A DNA stretch of 64,000 bases. Origin: a bacterium (lineage in GTDB: Bacteria > UBA8248 > JACPRG01 > G963555815). The translations under genes and the position numbers were made by a program. The stretch spans positions 64,001 to 128,000 of the forward strand of contig CBDHDG010000001.1 in the NCBI GenBank assembly GCA_965261595.1, written 5' to 3'. Positions 1 through 8,638 of the stretch are shown in pieces (position 1 is the first letter of the stretch; the number at the start of each line of letters is the position of its first letter). Under the pieces are notes generated by a model that saw only the letters and a list, made by a program, of their open reading frames with translations, was not told the origin of the DNA and did not search any database.

Positions 1-445
1 CGGCAAGCTGCTCAACGGCGGCGGGCCGACTCAAATCGCACGGCGCCAGATAGGGGCGCTTGCCCTCCCCCTTGAGCCGGCAGGCCAGCTTTGCGGCCGT
101 GGTCGTTTTCCCCGCCCCGTGCAGACCCGCCAGAAGGATGACCGTCGGGGGCGCTTCTGCCTCGGCCAATGGCGCGGACCGCTCGCCCATCAGGGACGTC
201 AGCTCCTCGTGGACAATCTTGACGACCTGCTGTCCCGGCGTCAGGCTCTTCATCACATCGGCGCCGACGGCCCTTTCGCGAACCGCGCCGACGAATTGCT
301 TCACGACCCGGAAATGGACGTCTGCTTCCAGCAGCGCGAGGCGGACCTCCCGCATGGCTTCGGTGACGTCGGATTCGCTCAGTTTTCCCCGCCCGCGAAG
401 CCTCTTGAAGACCCCTTCCAGGCGGCGGCTCAAATTCTCGAACAT
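1..445 (-). CDS. ffh: Signal recognition particle protein Ffh (5' part; runs off the window edge, absent from the ORF track)
   Basis: Manual translation from ATG at 445: MFENLSRRLEGVFKRLRGRGKLSESDVTEAMREVRLALLEADV...LTPGQQVVKIVHEEL...GLHGAGKTTTAAKLA...DLSRPAAVEQL; SRP54 N and G domain motifs. Confidence 0.96.
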   Translation of the reverse strand, partial: MFENLSRRLEGVFKRLRGRGKLSESDVTEAMREVRLALLEADVHFRVVKQFVGAVRERAVGADVMKSLTPGQQVVKIVHEELTSLMGERSAPLAEAEAPPTVILLAGLHGAGKTTTAAKLACRLKGEGKRPYLAPCDLSRPAAVEQLA

Positions 446-549
446 GACCCACCCATCACGGATAGAAAACGCTCAAAGGCCCGGGAACACAAGGCGTTAA
501 GTTAGACCCGGGAGGGCCTCCCCGTCAACGGATTTCCCGGGGCGCCCTT

Positions 550-1290
550 TCACGGGCCGCCGTCCGCCCCGTCTTTGTCCGGCCCATTCAGGGAGGCGGC
601 GCGAATCCGGGCGATCGCCCCCCGGTAATCTTCCTGACCGAAAACCGCCGTACCCGCCACTAGTATCCGAGCGCCGGCTTCAACGGCGGGACCGGCCGTG
701 TCCGGGTCCACCCCTCCGTCCACCTCGAGGATCGGCCGGACGGCCGCCGAATCCAGGCGCTCGCTCACCCGCCGGATTTTCGGCAGGACGCCCCGGATAA
801 AGCGCTGTCCCCCGAACCCCGGGTTCACGGTCATCAGGAGAACCAGGTCGGCGAGCGCAAGGACCTCGAAAACCGCCTCCGGCGGGGTGGCCGGGTTGAT
901 CGCGACCCCCGCGCGCACCGGCTCGCCCCGGGACGTCGTCATCTTGCGGATGGCCTCGAGCGTCCGGTGAAGATGGGGACACGTCTCGGCGTGAACGGTC
1001 AGAACGTCCGCCCCGGCCCGAACAAAGGCGTCGAGGTGCCGCTCGGGCTCGACCATCATCAGGTGAACGTCCAGGAGGACATCGCTCCGCTCCGTCTCCC
1101 GAACGCTTCGGACGGCTTCGACCGCCAACGGCCCCAGGGTCAGGTTCGGAACGAACCGCCCGTCCATGACATCGATGTGGAGCCAGTCGGCGCCCGCGTC
1201 GATCACCCGGCGCACCTCCTCCCCGAGGCGGGTGAAATCGCACGCCAGCAGAGAGGGCGCAACGCGAATCTTCTCTGTGGGTCCCGGCAC
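550..1290 (-). CDS. rpe: Ribulose-phosphate 3-epimerase
   Basis: APSLLA, HIDVMDGRFVPNLTLG, DVHLM, MTVNPGFGGQ, EVDGG, VAGTAVF motifs. Confidence 0.97.
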   Translation of the reverse strand: MPGPTEKIRVAPSLLACDFTRLGEEVRRVIDAGADWLHIDVMDGRFVPNLTLGPLAVEAVRSVRETERSDVLLDVHLMMVEPERHLDAFVRAGADVLTVHAETCPHLHRTLEAIRKMTTSRGEPVRAGVAINPATPPEAVFEVLALADLVLLMTVNPGFGGQRFIRGVLPKIRRVSERLDSAAVRPILEVDGGVDPDTAGPAVEAGARILVAGTAVFGQEDYRGAIARIRAASLNGPDKDGADGGP

Positions 1291-2246
1291 TATTGAAGCA
1301 CCCTCTCTTCCGACAGCTTGCCGTCCAGGTAGATACGGGCCACGGTCCTTCCGCTGAGCCGGACGAGCATCCCCACTTCCTGGCCGCCTTTCTTTTTTCC
1401 GTTGAAAATCTCGCGGGCGCTCTGGCCGTGGACCAGGACGACGCGCACCACGCTCTCCCGAATCTTTTCGGAGAGCGTATACCGGAAGTAGGCATACGTC
1501 CCGGTCGGCTTCGCCCCGGGACCCGCGCCCCGGGCCACGAACAGCCGGACGCCGTCATCCTTTCCAATCGGTGAGCCGGCTCTCGGCTCATGGCGGAGGA
1601 CGACGCCGACCTTCACGCCCGGGTAGTCGGCCCGGACGACCTTTCCCACACGAAGGGAGGAGTTCTGTAGGATGCGCAAGGCGACGCCGAGGTCCTTCCC
1701 CACAAAGTCGGGCATCAGAAACGCCGATCGCGGCCGCCCGTTGCTCACCAGGAGACTCACTTGCCGTCCCCGCTCGACGACCCGCGCCGGAGTGGGAACT
1801 TGGGCGATGACGCCGTTTTCGTGGTAGGAATTCGATTCCACCCAGGCGACCCGGCCCACCTTGAACCCCATCGCTTTCAGGATATTGACCGCCCGGTTCC
1901 AGGACTCCCCCCGCACCTCGGGCACCCGCGCCTCACGGGGGCCCTTGCTGAGGATGACGGACACCCGCCGCCCGCGCTTCACCCGCCGCCCCGCCGGCGG
2001 GTCCTGCCGGATGACGTTGTGCTTCGCCACGACCGGGTCAAACTCCTGGCTCCGGATCCCCAGACCCAGATCGGACTGGCCCATGATCTCCAGCGCATCG
2101 ACGATGTGCTTCCCGGACACGGACGGGACCGGAATATCCCCACCGCCCAGGACCACCTTCATGGCCACGTAACCGCTGACCGCGCTCGCGCCCACGATGA
2201 GGATCAAGAACAGAAAAAAGCGAATCACCTTCAGGATCGCCTTCAT
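1290..2246 (-). CDS. Membrane-anchored PASTA-repeat protein (3 PASTA domains, no kinase domain)
   Basis: N-terminal TM helix; repeats VPSVSG...VIRQDPPAG...V.LSKG, VPEVRG...VIAQVPTP...VSNG, MPDFVG...EPRAG. Confidence 0.88.
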   Translation of the reverse strand: MKAILKVIRFFLFLILIVGASAVSGYVAMKVVLGGGDIPVPSVSGKHIVDALEIMGQSDLGLGIRSQEFDPVVAKHNVIRQDPPAGRRVKRGRRVSVILSKGPREARVPEVRGESWNRAVNILKAMGFKVGRVAWVESNSYHENGVIAQVPTPARVVERGRQVSLLVSNGRPRSAFLMPDFVGKDLGVALRILQNSSLRVGKVVRADYPGVKVGVVLRHEPRAGSPIGKDDGVRLFVARGAGPGAKPTGTYAYFRYTLSEKIRESVVRVVLVHGQSAREIFNGKKKGGQEVGMLVRLSGRTVARIYLDGKLSEERVLQ

Positions 2247-3682
2247 CCGCTTCTCCGTTCCTCAGGAGAGATCCGTCTCCATCCGGCGGCGAAAAATCCA
2301 TCTGTTCCGGCGTCGCCGGGGCGCAGGGCGAAGCACCCGGACCGATCAACGAACCGCCGGGCGGAGGAGAGTCCGTCGGGCAATCGCGAGGAGAGGTCTT
2401 CCCGTTGAAAGCGGGCGCCCTCCGCGCTTTGCTCGAAGGCCTCAACGACCCGGCCGGTTTCCTCCTCCTCGAGGGAGCACACGCAATAGAGCAATCTCCC
2501 CCCCTCCCCCTCCCCCTTCCCCGGCCCCACCGCCCGCGACGCCGCCCTCAAAATCTTCAGCGCCAACCCGCTCAGCCGCAGGATATCCGCTTCGGTCTTG
2601 TTCCACTTGGCCTCGGGGTGGCGCCGCAGCACGCCCAGACCGGAGCAGGGGGCGTCCACCAAAACGGCGTCAAACGCCTCGCCGCGCGAGGCGTCCATTC
2701 CGCCGCGGACGGGGGACACCGACCGCAACCCCATGCGCCGCGCGGTCTCCGCCACCCGCGCCAACCGGGTCCGGTGCGGATCCGTGGCCAAAAGCAACCC
2801 TTCGTCCTCCATCAATTCGGCGAGGTGCGCCGTTTTCCCGCCGGGACCCGCGCACACGTCCCACACCCGGTCCCCCGGACGGACGCCCAGAAGCGGGGCC
2901 ATGAGGGCCGCCCCTTCATCCTGGACGGCGAACCACCCATCCCGAAAGCCGGGCAGGGTCCGCACGTCTCCTCCTCCCCGGAGGGTCAGGACATCGGGAG
3001 AGATTCGCCCCCGCGCCACCTCGGCGCCCGCCGACCGAAGCGCCTCTTCGAGGACCTCCGGCGTCGCGCGGCGCCGATTCACCCTCAGCGTCAGAGGGCC
3101 CGCCGCGTTGTTCGCGCGGCAGACGCGGACCGCCCCTTCCATCCCCCACCGCCGCGCCCATCGCCGGACCATCCAACGCGGGTGGGACTCGGCGTCGGCC
3201 AATGCGTCCGCGTCCTGGGGCGAGGCCGCGTCATCGGTTCGCCTCCAGCCTTCGGCCTCCCGGGCCAAACGCCTCAGGACCCCGTTCACCAGGGCCGCGA
3301 GCCCGGCGAACCCTCTTGCCCGAACCTGACCGACGGCTTCATCGACGGCCGCCCAAGGGGGGATCCGATCCGTGAAGAGGATCTGGTAAGCGCCCAGACG
3401 CAGGACATTCAGAACGACAGGAGGAAGCTTTTCGGCGCTTCCTGAAAGGCAAAACGACAGCGCCTGGTCCAGCTGGCCCCGCCATCGCAAGGTTCCGTAG
3501 GCCAACTCCCGGACGAAGGCCCGGTCTTTCGCGTCGAGAGACTTTCTCGCTTCACACCCCCTCAACCGCTCATCCAGCCGGACGCCGGGGCGCCCGGCGT
3601 CCTGGATCAAGTCCAGCGCAACCCCGCGGGCGCCCCGATCCATTTTTCCCGCCGACCGTCTCCGAACCGCCGTTCTTCCCAT
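2243..3682 (-). CDS. rsmB: 16S rRNA m5C967 methyltransferase RsmB/Sun
   Basis: NusB-like N-terminus (ELAYGTLRW, LRLGAYQI), VQDE, DVCAGPGGKT, DAPCSGLGVLRRHPE, TDGFF. Confidence 0.95.
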   Translation of the reverse strand: MGRTAVRRRSAGKMDRGARGVALDLIQDAGRPGVRLDERLRGCEARKSLDAKDRAFVRELAYGTLRWRGQLDQALSFCLSGSAEKLPPVVLNVLRLGAYQILFTDRIPPWAAVDEAVGQVRARGFAGLAALVNGVLRRLAREAEGWRRTDDAASPQDADALADAESHPRWMVRRWARRWGMEGAVRVCRANNAAGPLTLRVNRRRATPEVLEEALRSAGAEVARGRISPDVLTLRGGGDVRTLPGFRDGWFAVQDEGAALMAPLLGVRPGDRVWDVCAGPGGKTAHLAELMEDEGLLLATDPHRTRLARVAETARRMGLRSVSPVRGGMDASRGEAFDAVLVDAPCSGLGVLRRHPEAKWNKTEADILRLSGLALKILRAASRAVGPGKGEGEGGRLLYCVCSLEEEETGRVVEAFEQSAEGARFQREDLSSRLPDGLSSARRFVDRSGCFALRPGDAGTDGFFAAGWRRISPEERRSG

Positions 3683-3703
3683 CTCTCAGCCCCAAGGAGG
3701 CGC

Positions 3704-3889
3704 ATCCACAAATTTCACAGATAATTCCAGTTTCTTAAATCCCTCAAATTCATCCAATCCGTCGATCCATTAGTCTCTATAATGGCCTCGAAAATGTCCA
3801 CGGATTTCACAGCTCTACAAAGACTTCCCGTTCTTTCTAATCTGTGTAATCTGTGGATTCGTCTTGAATTCGTTGATTCATCCAATCCG
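3704..3889. repeat. Cluster of ATCCACAGATT-type palindromic repeats in the fmt-rsmB intergenic region
   Basis: atccacaaatttcacag (3704), gtccacggatttcacag (3796), inverted aatctgtgtaatctgtggattc (3839-3860); attcatccaatccg repeated at 3748 and 3876; AT-richer than flanks. Confidence 0.75.
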
Positions 3890-3901
3890 GACACGGGGGC
3901 G

Positions 3902-4948
3902 CTAGCCCACAACGGCGCCTTCCGGCAGCCGATATCCCTGCCAGAACGCCTTGGCATCCATCCGTCGCTTTCCTTCCGGTTGAACTTCCGTGAGGAGGAC
4001 CCACCCATCGGCGGCGGCGATTCGGATCCCTTCCCGGCCCGACGGACCCTTCGCCAAACCACCAATGAAACCCGGGGGAACATCCATCGCTCCCACGCAA
4101 TCCCCCGGTTTTTTCAAATCCGGGTCATCGGCGCAATCTGTGGATTCCCCGGACTCGGGCGCGGCCATCCACACCCGAAGCCAAGGTTCGCCGCCGTTTT
4201 CACCGGCCGCCCTGTCTCCGCCGAGGGCAACCCACCGGGTTCGGGCGACAGGCCAGGGGCGGAGGCCCCGGACACGGCGGCAGATGGCCGCCGCCTCCTG
4301 ATGCCAGTCCAAGACAGCATCTTCTTTCTTGAGCTTCGAGGCATACGTCGCCAACGCTTCATCCTGAGGGATGGGCTCAAGCATCCCCGCCCCTCCCCCC
4401 CCCAAGGCATCGATCGTCTCCATGCAGACCGCCGCGGCCAGCCCCGACAGCTTTTCGGAGAGCGACTCCGCGGTCTCATCCAGTGCGATCGGGCATCGCC
4501 GCCGCAAAAGGATGTCCCCGGCGTCGAGCTTCTCCACCATTTGCATGGAAGTAACGCCGGTTTCCTTATCTCCCTCGATCAACGCCCATTGGATGGGCGC
4601 CGCCCCGCGATGCCGGGGCAGGAGGGAGGCGTGCAGGTTGACGCACCCGAGCGGCGGCCAATCGAGAAGGTCTGATTTCAAGATGCGCCCGTAGGCGACC
4701 ACGACGATGAGGTCCGGCGACAGGGCCGGCCAGAGCTCCCGAGCCGGCCGCCGAGGCTGATAGACGGCAACGCCGGCCTTCACCGCCCTTTTCTTGACCG
4801 GCGGGGGCCGCAGCTTCCTGCCCCGTCCGGCGGGCGCGTCCGGCTGGGTGACGACCCCGATGATCTCGTGGGAGGAGGCCAGCAGGGCGTCGAGGGTCGG
4901 AACGGCGAATTCGGGGGTTCCCATCAGGAGGATTTTCATCTGCCCCAC
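3902..4948 (-). CDS. fmt: Methionyl-tRNA formyltransferase (with C-terminal loop insertions)
   Basis: MGTPEFA, VTQPD, VAYGRIL, NLHASLLPRHRGAAPIQWA, LDAGD, EVQPEGKRRM. Confidence 0.97.
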   Translation of the reverse strand: MGQMKILLMGTPEFAVPTLDALLASSHEIIGVVTQPDAPAGRGRKLRPPPVKKRAVKAGVAVYQPRRPARELWPALSPDLIVVVAYGRILKSDLLDWPPLGCVNLHASLLPRHRGAAPIQWALIEGDKETGVTSMQMVEKLDAGDILLRRRCPIALDETAESLSEKLSGLAAAVCMETIDALGGGGAGMLEPIPQDEALATYASKLKKEDAVLDWHQEAAAICRRVRGLRPWPVARTRWVALGGDRAAGENGGEPWLRVWMAAPESGESTDCADDPDLKKPGDCVGAMDVPPGFIGGLAKGPSGREGIRIAAADGWVLLTEVQPEGKRRMDAKAFWQGYRLPEGAVVG

Positions 4949-5029
4949 CTCTCCGCCCTTTCGGGGTGGTTCTCCCTCTCAGGCGGCCCTCCTTCTCCGA
5001 CCCAGGCGACTCAGCTTCGCCCGACCGCT

Positions 5030-5080
5030 CCGGAGGCGCGACCTCCCCGGAGGCCCGACCTCCCCGGAGGCCCGGCCTCA
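5030..5080. repeat. 3 x 17-bp tandem repeat with an internal GGAGG/CCTCC hairpin
   Basis: ccggaggcgcgacctcc / ccggaggcccgacctcc / ccggaggcccggcctca between def and fmt. Confidence 0.8.
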
Positions 5081-5087
5081 ACCGGGG

Positions 5088-5597
5088 TCAGGCTTCCACA
5101 CGTTGGCGTTTTCGGAGCTTCCGCTTGACCAGATCTCTTTTGACGGGACCCAGAAAATCAATGATGAGCACGCCGTTCAGGTGGTCAAGCTCGTGTTGGA
5201 GGATCAGCGCAAGATAGCCTTCCGCTTCGATCCGCACGTTTCGGCCGTCGGGCAACAACCCCTCGAAGGTTGCCCGCTCCGGCCGTTCGATCAGCACTTG
5301 GACCTCCGGGAAGCTGAGACATCCCTCTTCGGATGTCTGGCTGCCCTCGGTGTTCAAGAGCACGGGATTGATCACCGCGAGGACCGCCGCCGGGTCTTCC
5401 CCGGAAGAAGGGTCGACGACGATGATCCGGCGGCTCTCGCCCACCTGGGGCGCCGCCAAGCCAACGCCGGGAGCGGCGTGCATCGTCTCGATCATGTCCG
5501 AGACGAGCGTCCGGACCCCTTCGTCCACCTCCGCAACCGGGTCCGCCTCCTGGCGAAGCACGGAATCGGGAAAGATTCGAATTTTCATTACGGCCAT
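5088..5597 (-). CDS. def: Peptide deformylase
   Basis: GVGLAAPQVG, EGCLS, QHELDHLNG motifs. Confidence 0.98.
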   Translation of the reverse strand: MAVMKIRIFPDSVLRQEADPVAEVDEGVRTLVSDMIETMHAAPGVGLAAPQVGESRRIIVVDPSSGEDPAAVLAVINPVLLNTEGSQTSEEGCLSFPEVQVLIERPERATFEGLLPDGRNVRIEAEGYLALILQHELDHLNGVLIIDFLGPVKRDLVKRKLRKRQRVEA

Positions 5598-5668
5598 GAA
5601 ATCAAATCATCCATCCTGGAAAAGGGGTCCCAAAAACCCTCTGAATTCAGGGATATAAAGGCAAATTG

Positions 5669-5697
5669 AATATAGCTCACGACCCGGCCGGATTCAA
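5669..5697 (-). promoter_or_regulatory. Putative sigma70 promoter for def-fmt-rsmB
   Basis: Minus strand TTGAAT-N17-TATATT about 70 bp upstream of the def start. Confidence 0.55.
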
Positions 5698-5908
5698 CTG
5701 AATGCTCCCCCGAGGGAGGCGACGCGGGCGGTCTCTACAACCATTGGCCGAAAGGCCCGGGGCGTCCAATGCCGGGTTCACGGATTGGGGTGCGGCGCAG
5801 GTCGGTTGACCCTCCGCCTCCGCCAAAGGTCCCGCTGACTCGAAAACCCAAAGAGACCGAAGCCTCGACGCCGAACCGCTTTTGAATCTGTCCGGTTTGC
5901 ACTCCCGG

Positions 5909-8317
5909 TCAGTAAAGGTCCATCGGATCGACGTCCACCCCCAACCGCACGCCGGAGGGCGGGCGGAGGTCCTCCTCCATCCGCCGCCGCGCCGCGCTCA
6001 CGACCCGCCCCAGCTTCCGGACGGACGCCTCTTTGAGGACCACCTGCCAGCGGAACCTGTTCTGAAGCTTTCCGAAGACGCCGGGCGCGGGACCGAGAAT
6101 CTCCGGAACGCCTTTTCCGGCCCCCCCCCCCTCGCGCGCCGCAAGGTTTGTCAGGGCCAAGGCCAAACGGCCGGCGAACTTTTCGGTCTTCTCCGCCGAT
6201 TCGCCCTCGATTCGGAACCGAACCATGCGTGTGTAGGGGGGATAGGCCAGATCACGGCGGAATCGGAGCTCTTCCTGAACAAACCCCTCGTAATCATGAG
6301 CGGCGGCGTGGAGGACGGCGTAGTGATCGGGCCGGTACGTCTGGATGATCACCTCGCCCGGAACCTGCCCGCGCCCCGCCCTTCCGGAAACCTGCGTCAG
6401 GAGTTGAAACGTCCTTTCCCCCGACCGGAAATCGGGGATGTTGATGGTCGCGTCGGCCAGGAGCACGCCCACCAGTGTAATCCCCGGATAATCGTGGCCC
6501 TTGGCCACCATTTGCGTCCCCACCAGGATGTCAATCTCGCCCCGCGAGACGGCGCCGAGAATCCGTCCGTGCGCCCCCCGGCTTCGCGTTGTATCGCGGT
6601 CCATCCTCACGACGCGCGCGGCGGGAAACAACGCCCGGAGCGAGTCCTCCACCCGCTGCGTCCCCACCCCTTTCGTGTCCAGGTTCAAGCCGGAGCAATC
6701 CGGACATTTTTCAGGCACCCGGGCGTGATGGCCGCAATAGTGGCACCGCAGACTCCGGCCGGAGAGGTGGAAGGTCAACGAAACGCTGCAAGCCGGGCAA
6801 TCCGCCGTCCAGCCGCAATCGCGGCACTGCACACAGGAGGCGAACCCCCGCCGATTGAGGAAGAGAAGCGACTGCTCTTTGCGATCCAGGCGCGCGGCAA
6901 GGGCGTCGATCAACCGCCCGGAAAAGATTCCGTCTCCCCGTTCCGCGCCGTCCATCACCTGTCCGGCCTTCTTTCTCAGGTCCACGACGCTCACCTGGGG
7001 AAGGGGCCGGTCTTCGACCCGCTTGGGGAGGCTCAGGCGCTCATATTTTTCGGTTTCTCCATTGAAGAAACTCTCCAGGGACGGAGTGGCCGACCCCAGG
7101 ACAACGCAGGCCCCCGCCTGCCGCGCCCGGACCACGGCGACATCCCGCGCGTTGTATCGCGGGGTCTCCTCCTGCTTGTACGACGCCTCGTGCTCCTCGT
7201 CCACGACGATCAATCCCAGTCGGCGCACCGGCGCGAACACCGAGGACCGGGCGCCGACGATGATGGAGGCGGCCCCCGCGGCGGCCCGGCGCCACTGGTG
7301 GATCCGCCCGGCCGGCGTCAGCCCGCTGTGGAGCTCCGCCACCCGCTCGCCGAACCGCGCCCGGAACCGCTCCAAAAGCTGGGGCGTCAAGGCGATTTCC
7401 GGGACCAGGACAATCACATCGCGGCCGAGGGCCAGCACCCGGTCGATGGCCCGCAGATAGACCTCCGTCTTGCCGCTTCCGGTGACGCCCCGCAACAGAA
7501 ACGCATGGAATCCCCCGGACTCGACCCCCGCGACGACCGCCTTCAAGGCTCGCTCCTGATGCGCGTTGAGGATCAGGGGAGACCCCGCGGGCGAGTGCGT
7601 TCCCGGCGGGATCATATCCTCCGGCGCCACCTCCCGGAGCCGGAGCCAGCCGCGGCCCACCAGGGCCTTGAGGGGAGCGGACCTCAGGTTTTCGGGAAGA
7701 GACATCAGGCTCACGCCCGTCTGAACGATCTCGATCTGGGGGTCCCGTCCGGCGGCTTCCAACACCCGGCCGAGGAGCTCCCGCTGCCGGGGAGAGCGTC
7801 GCAGCGCCCGGTCGATCTCTTCTTGAGGCGGCAGGTGTCCGAGCACGCAGATCCGCCGCCGCGCGGCGTTGCTTCGCCCCCCGCCCCCCCCTCCCCCCCG
7901 CCCGCCTCCGCCGGGCAGGGCGGCCTTGAGGACCTCTCCCCAACCCGCGCAATAATAATCCGCCATCCAACGGGTGAGGCGGAGGACGTCTTGGGAAAGG
8001 ACCAGGCCATCGTCCAGCACGGAGGAGACGTCGAGGATCTTCTTGGCCTCGCCCGGCTGATCGGAGGCGGCGACGACGACGCCCGTCAGGACCCTTCCGC
8101 CGAACGGCACGCGGACCCGCTCGCCGCGCCGCGGACGCTTCCGGTCCCGCATGGACTCCGGCACCCGGTAGGTGAACGTTCGGTCCACCGGGATGGGGAT
8201 CGCCACCTCGACAAATTCAGGGGATCGTTCCGTGGGCGAATGGCTTTTCATATCAAAAGGCGGGTTCGAATAATCCGCAAATTCATGAGCCTTTAAAAAG
8301 ACTTTGGAATGATCCAC
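5909..8317 (-). CDS. priA: Primosomal protein N' (PriA); true start probably near 8251
   Basis: VAIPIPVDRTFTY, GVTGSGKTEVY, LVPEIALTPQ, VDEEHE, LNRRGF, CxxC zinc motifs, GTQMVAKGHD, QVSGRAGR. Confidence 0.97.
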   Translation of the reverse strand: MDHSKVFLKAHEFADYSNPPFDMKSHSPTERSPEFVEVAIPIPVDRTFTYRVPESMRDRKRPRRGERVRVPFGGRVLTGVVVAASDQPGEAKKILDVSSVLDDGLVLSQDVLRLTRWMADYYCAGWGEVLKAALPGGGGRGGGGGGGRSNAARRRICVLGHLPPQEEIDRALRRSPRQRELLGRVLEAAGRDPQIEIVQTGVSLMSLPENLRSAPLKALVGRGWLRLREVAPEDMIPPGTHSPAGSPLILNAHQERALKAVVAGVESGGFHAFLLRGVTGSGKTEVYLRAIDRVLALGRDVIVLVPEIALTPQLLERFRARFGERVAELHSGLTPAGRIHQWRRAAAGAASIIVGARSSVFAPVRRLGLIVVDEEHEASYKQEETPRYNARDVAVVRARQAGACVVLGSATPSLESFFNGETEKYERLSLPKRVEDRPLPQVSVVDLRKKAGQVMDGAERGDGIFSGRLIDALAARLDRKEQSLLFLNRRGFASCVQCRDCGWTADCPACSVSLTFHLSGRSLRCHYCGHHARVPEKCPDCSGLNLDTKGVGTQRVEDSLRALFPAARVVRMDRDTTRSRGAHGRILGAVSRGEIDILVGTQMVAKGHDYPGITLVGVLLADATINIPDFRSGERTFQLLTQVSGRAGRGQVPGEVIIQTYRPDHYAVLHAAAHDYEGFVQEELRFRRDLAYPPYTRMVRFRIEGESAEKTEKFAGRLALALTNLAAREGGGAGKGVPEILGPAPGVFGKLQNRFRWQVVLKEASVRKLGRVVSAARRRMEEDLRPPSGVRLGVDVDPMDLY

Positions 8318-8550
8318 AGATTACACAGATTGCACGGATTATCAAAAAACAAGACGACACCTTTCAAAACGAGAAAGCGGGACGCCCTCAACTCCGATAC
8401 GGGGTTTTTGGCTTTTCGCGCGGAAACTTCCGGCCTTTTCGAATGTGTCGATTTTTTCGACTCGGCAACGATCTTGGGATCATTCACAGATTTCAGAGGG
8501 GTCCGGTTTTTCAAATCCGTATAATCTGTGTAATCTGTGGATTCATTCCA
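8305..8550. mobile_element. MITE-like element with ~36-bp terminal inverted repeats
   Basis: Left tggaatg-atccacagattacacagattgcacggatt vs reverse complement of right end tggaatgaatccacagattacacagattatacggatt (1 indel, 2 mismatches); no credible ORF inside. Confidence 0.7.
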
Positions 8551-8570
8551 TTTTTAGAATTTGACGCACC

Positions 8571-8599
8571 ATTGTGAGTCACCCGGCGGGGCCTGGCAA
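8571..8599 (-). promoter_or_regulatory. Putative sigma70 promoter for priA
   Basis: Minus strand TTGCCA-N17-CACAAT. Confidence 0.4.
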
Positions 8600-8638
8600 G
8601 ACGAACCCCGAACCAACCCGAAGAAGCGGAGAAGAAGA

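Noticed and set aside
5700..5880. SRP RNA, 6S RNA, or TPP, SAM or c-di-AMP riboswitch
   Set aside because: Diagnostic cores (for example SRP CAGG...GGAAG..AGCAG, TPP CTGAGA) are absent; kept only as an unassigned candidate
5882..8296. 804-aa plus-strand ORF, and many similar long antisense ORFs (for example 19267-21633, 39536-41404)
   Set aside because: Shadow frames opposite well-supported genes in high-GC DNA; no recognisable motifs
3704..8550. CRISPR array formed by the ACAGATT repeats
   Set aside because: Repeats are inverted, degenerate and irregularly spaced; no cas genes
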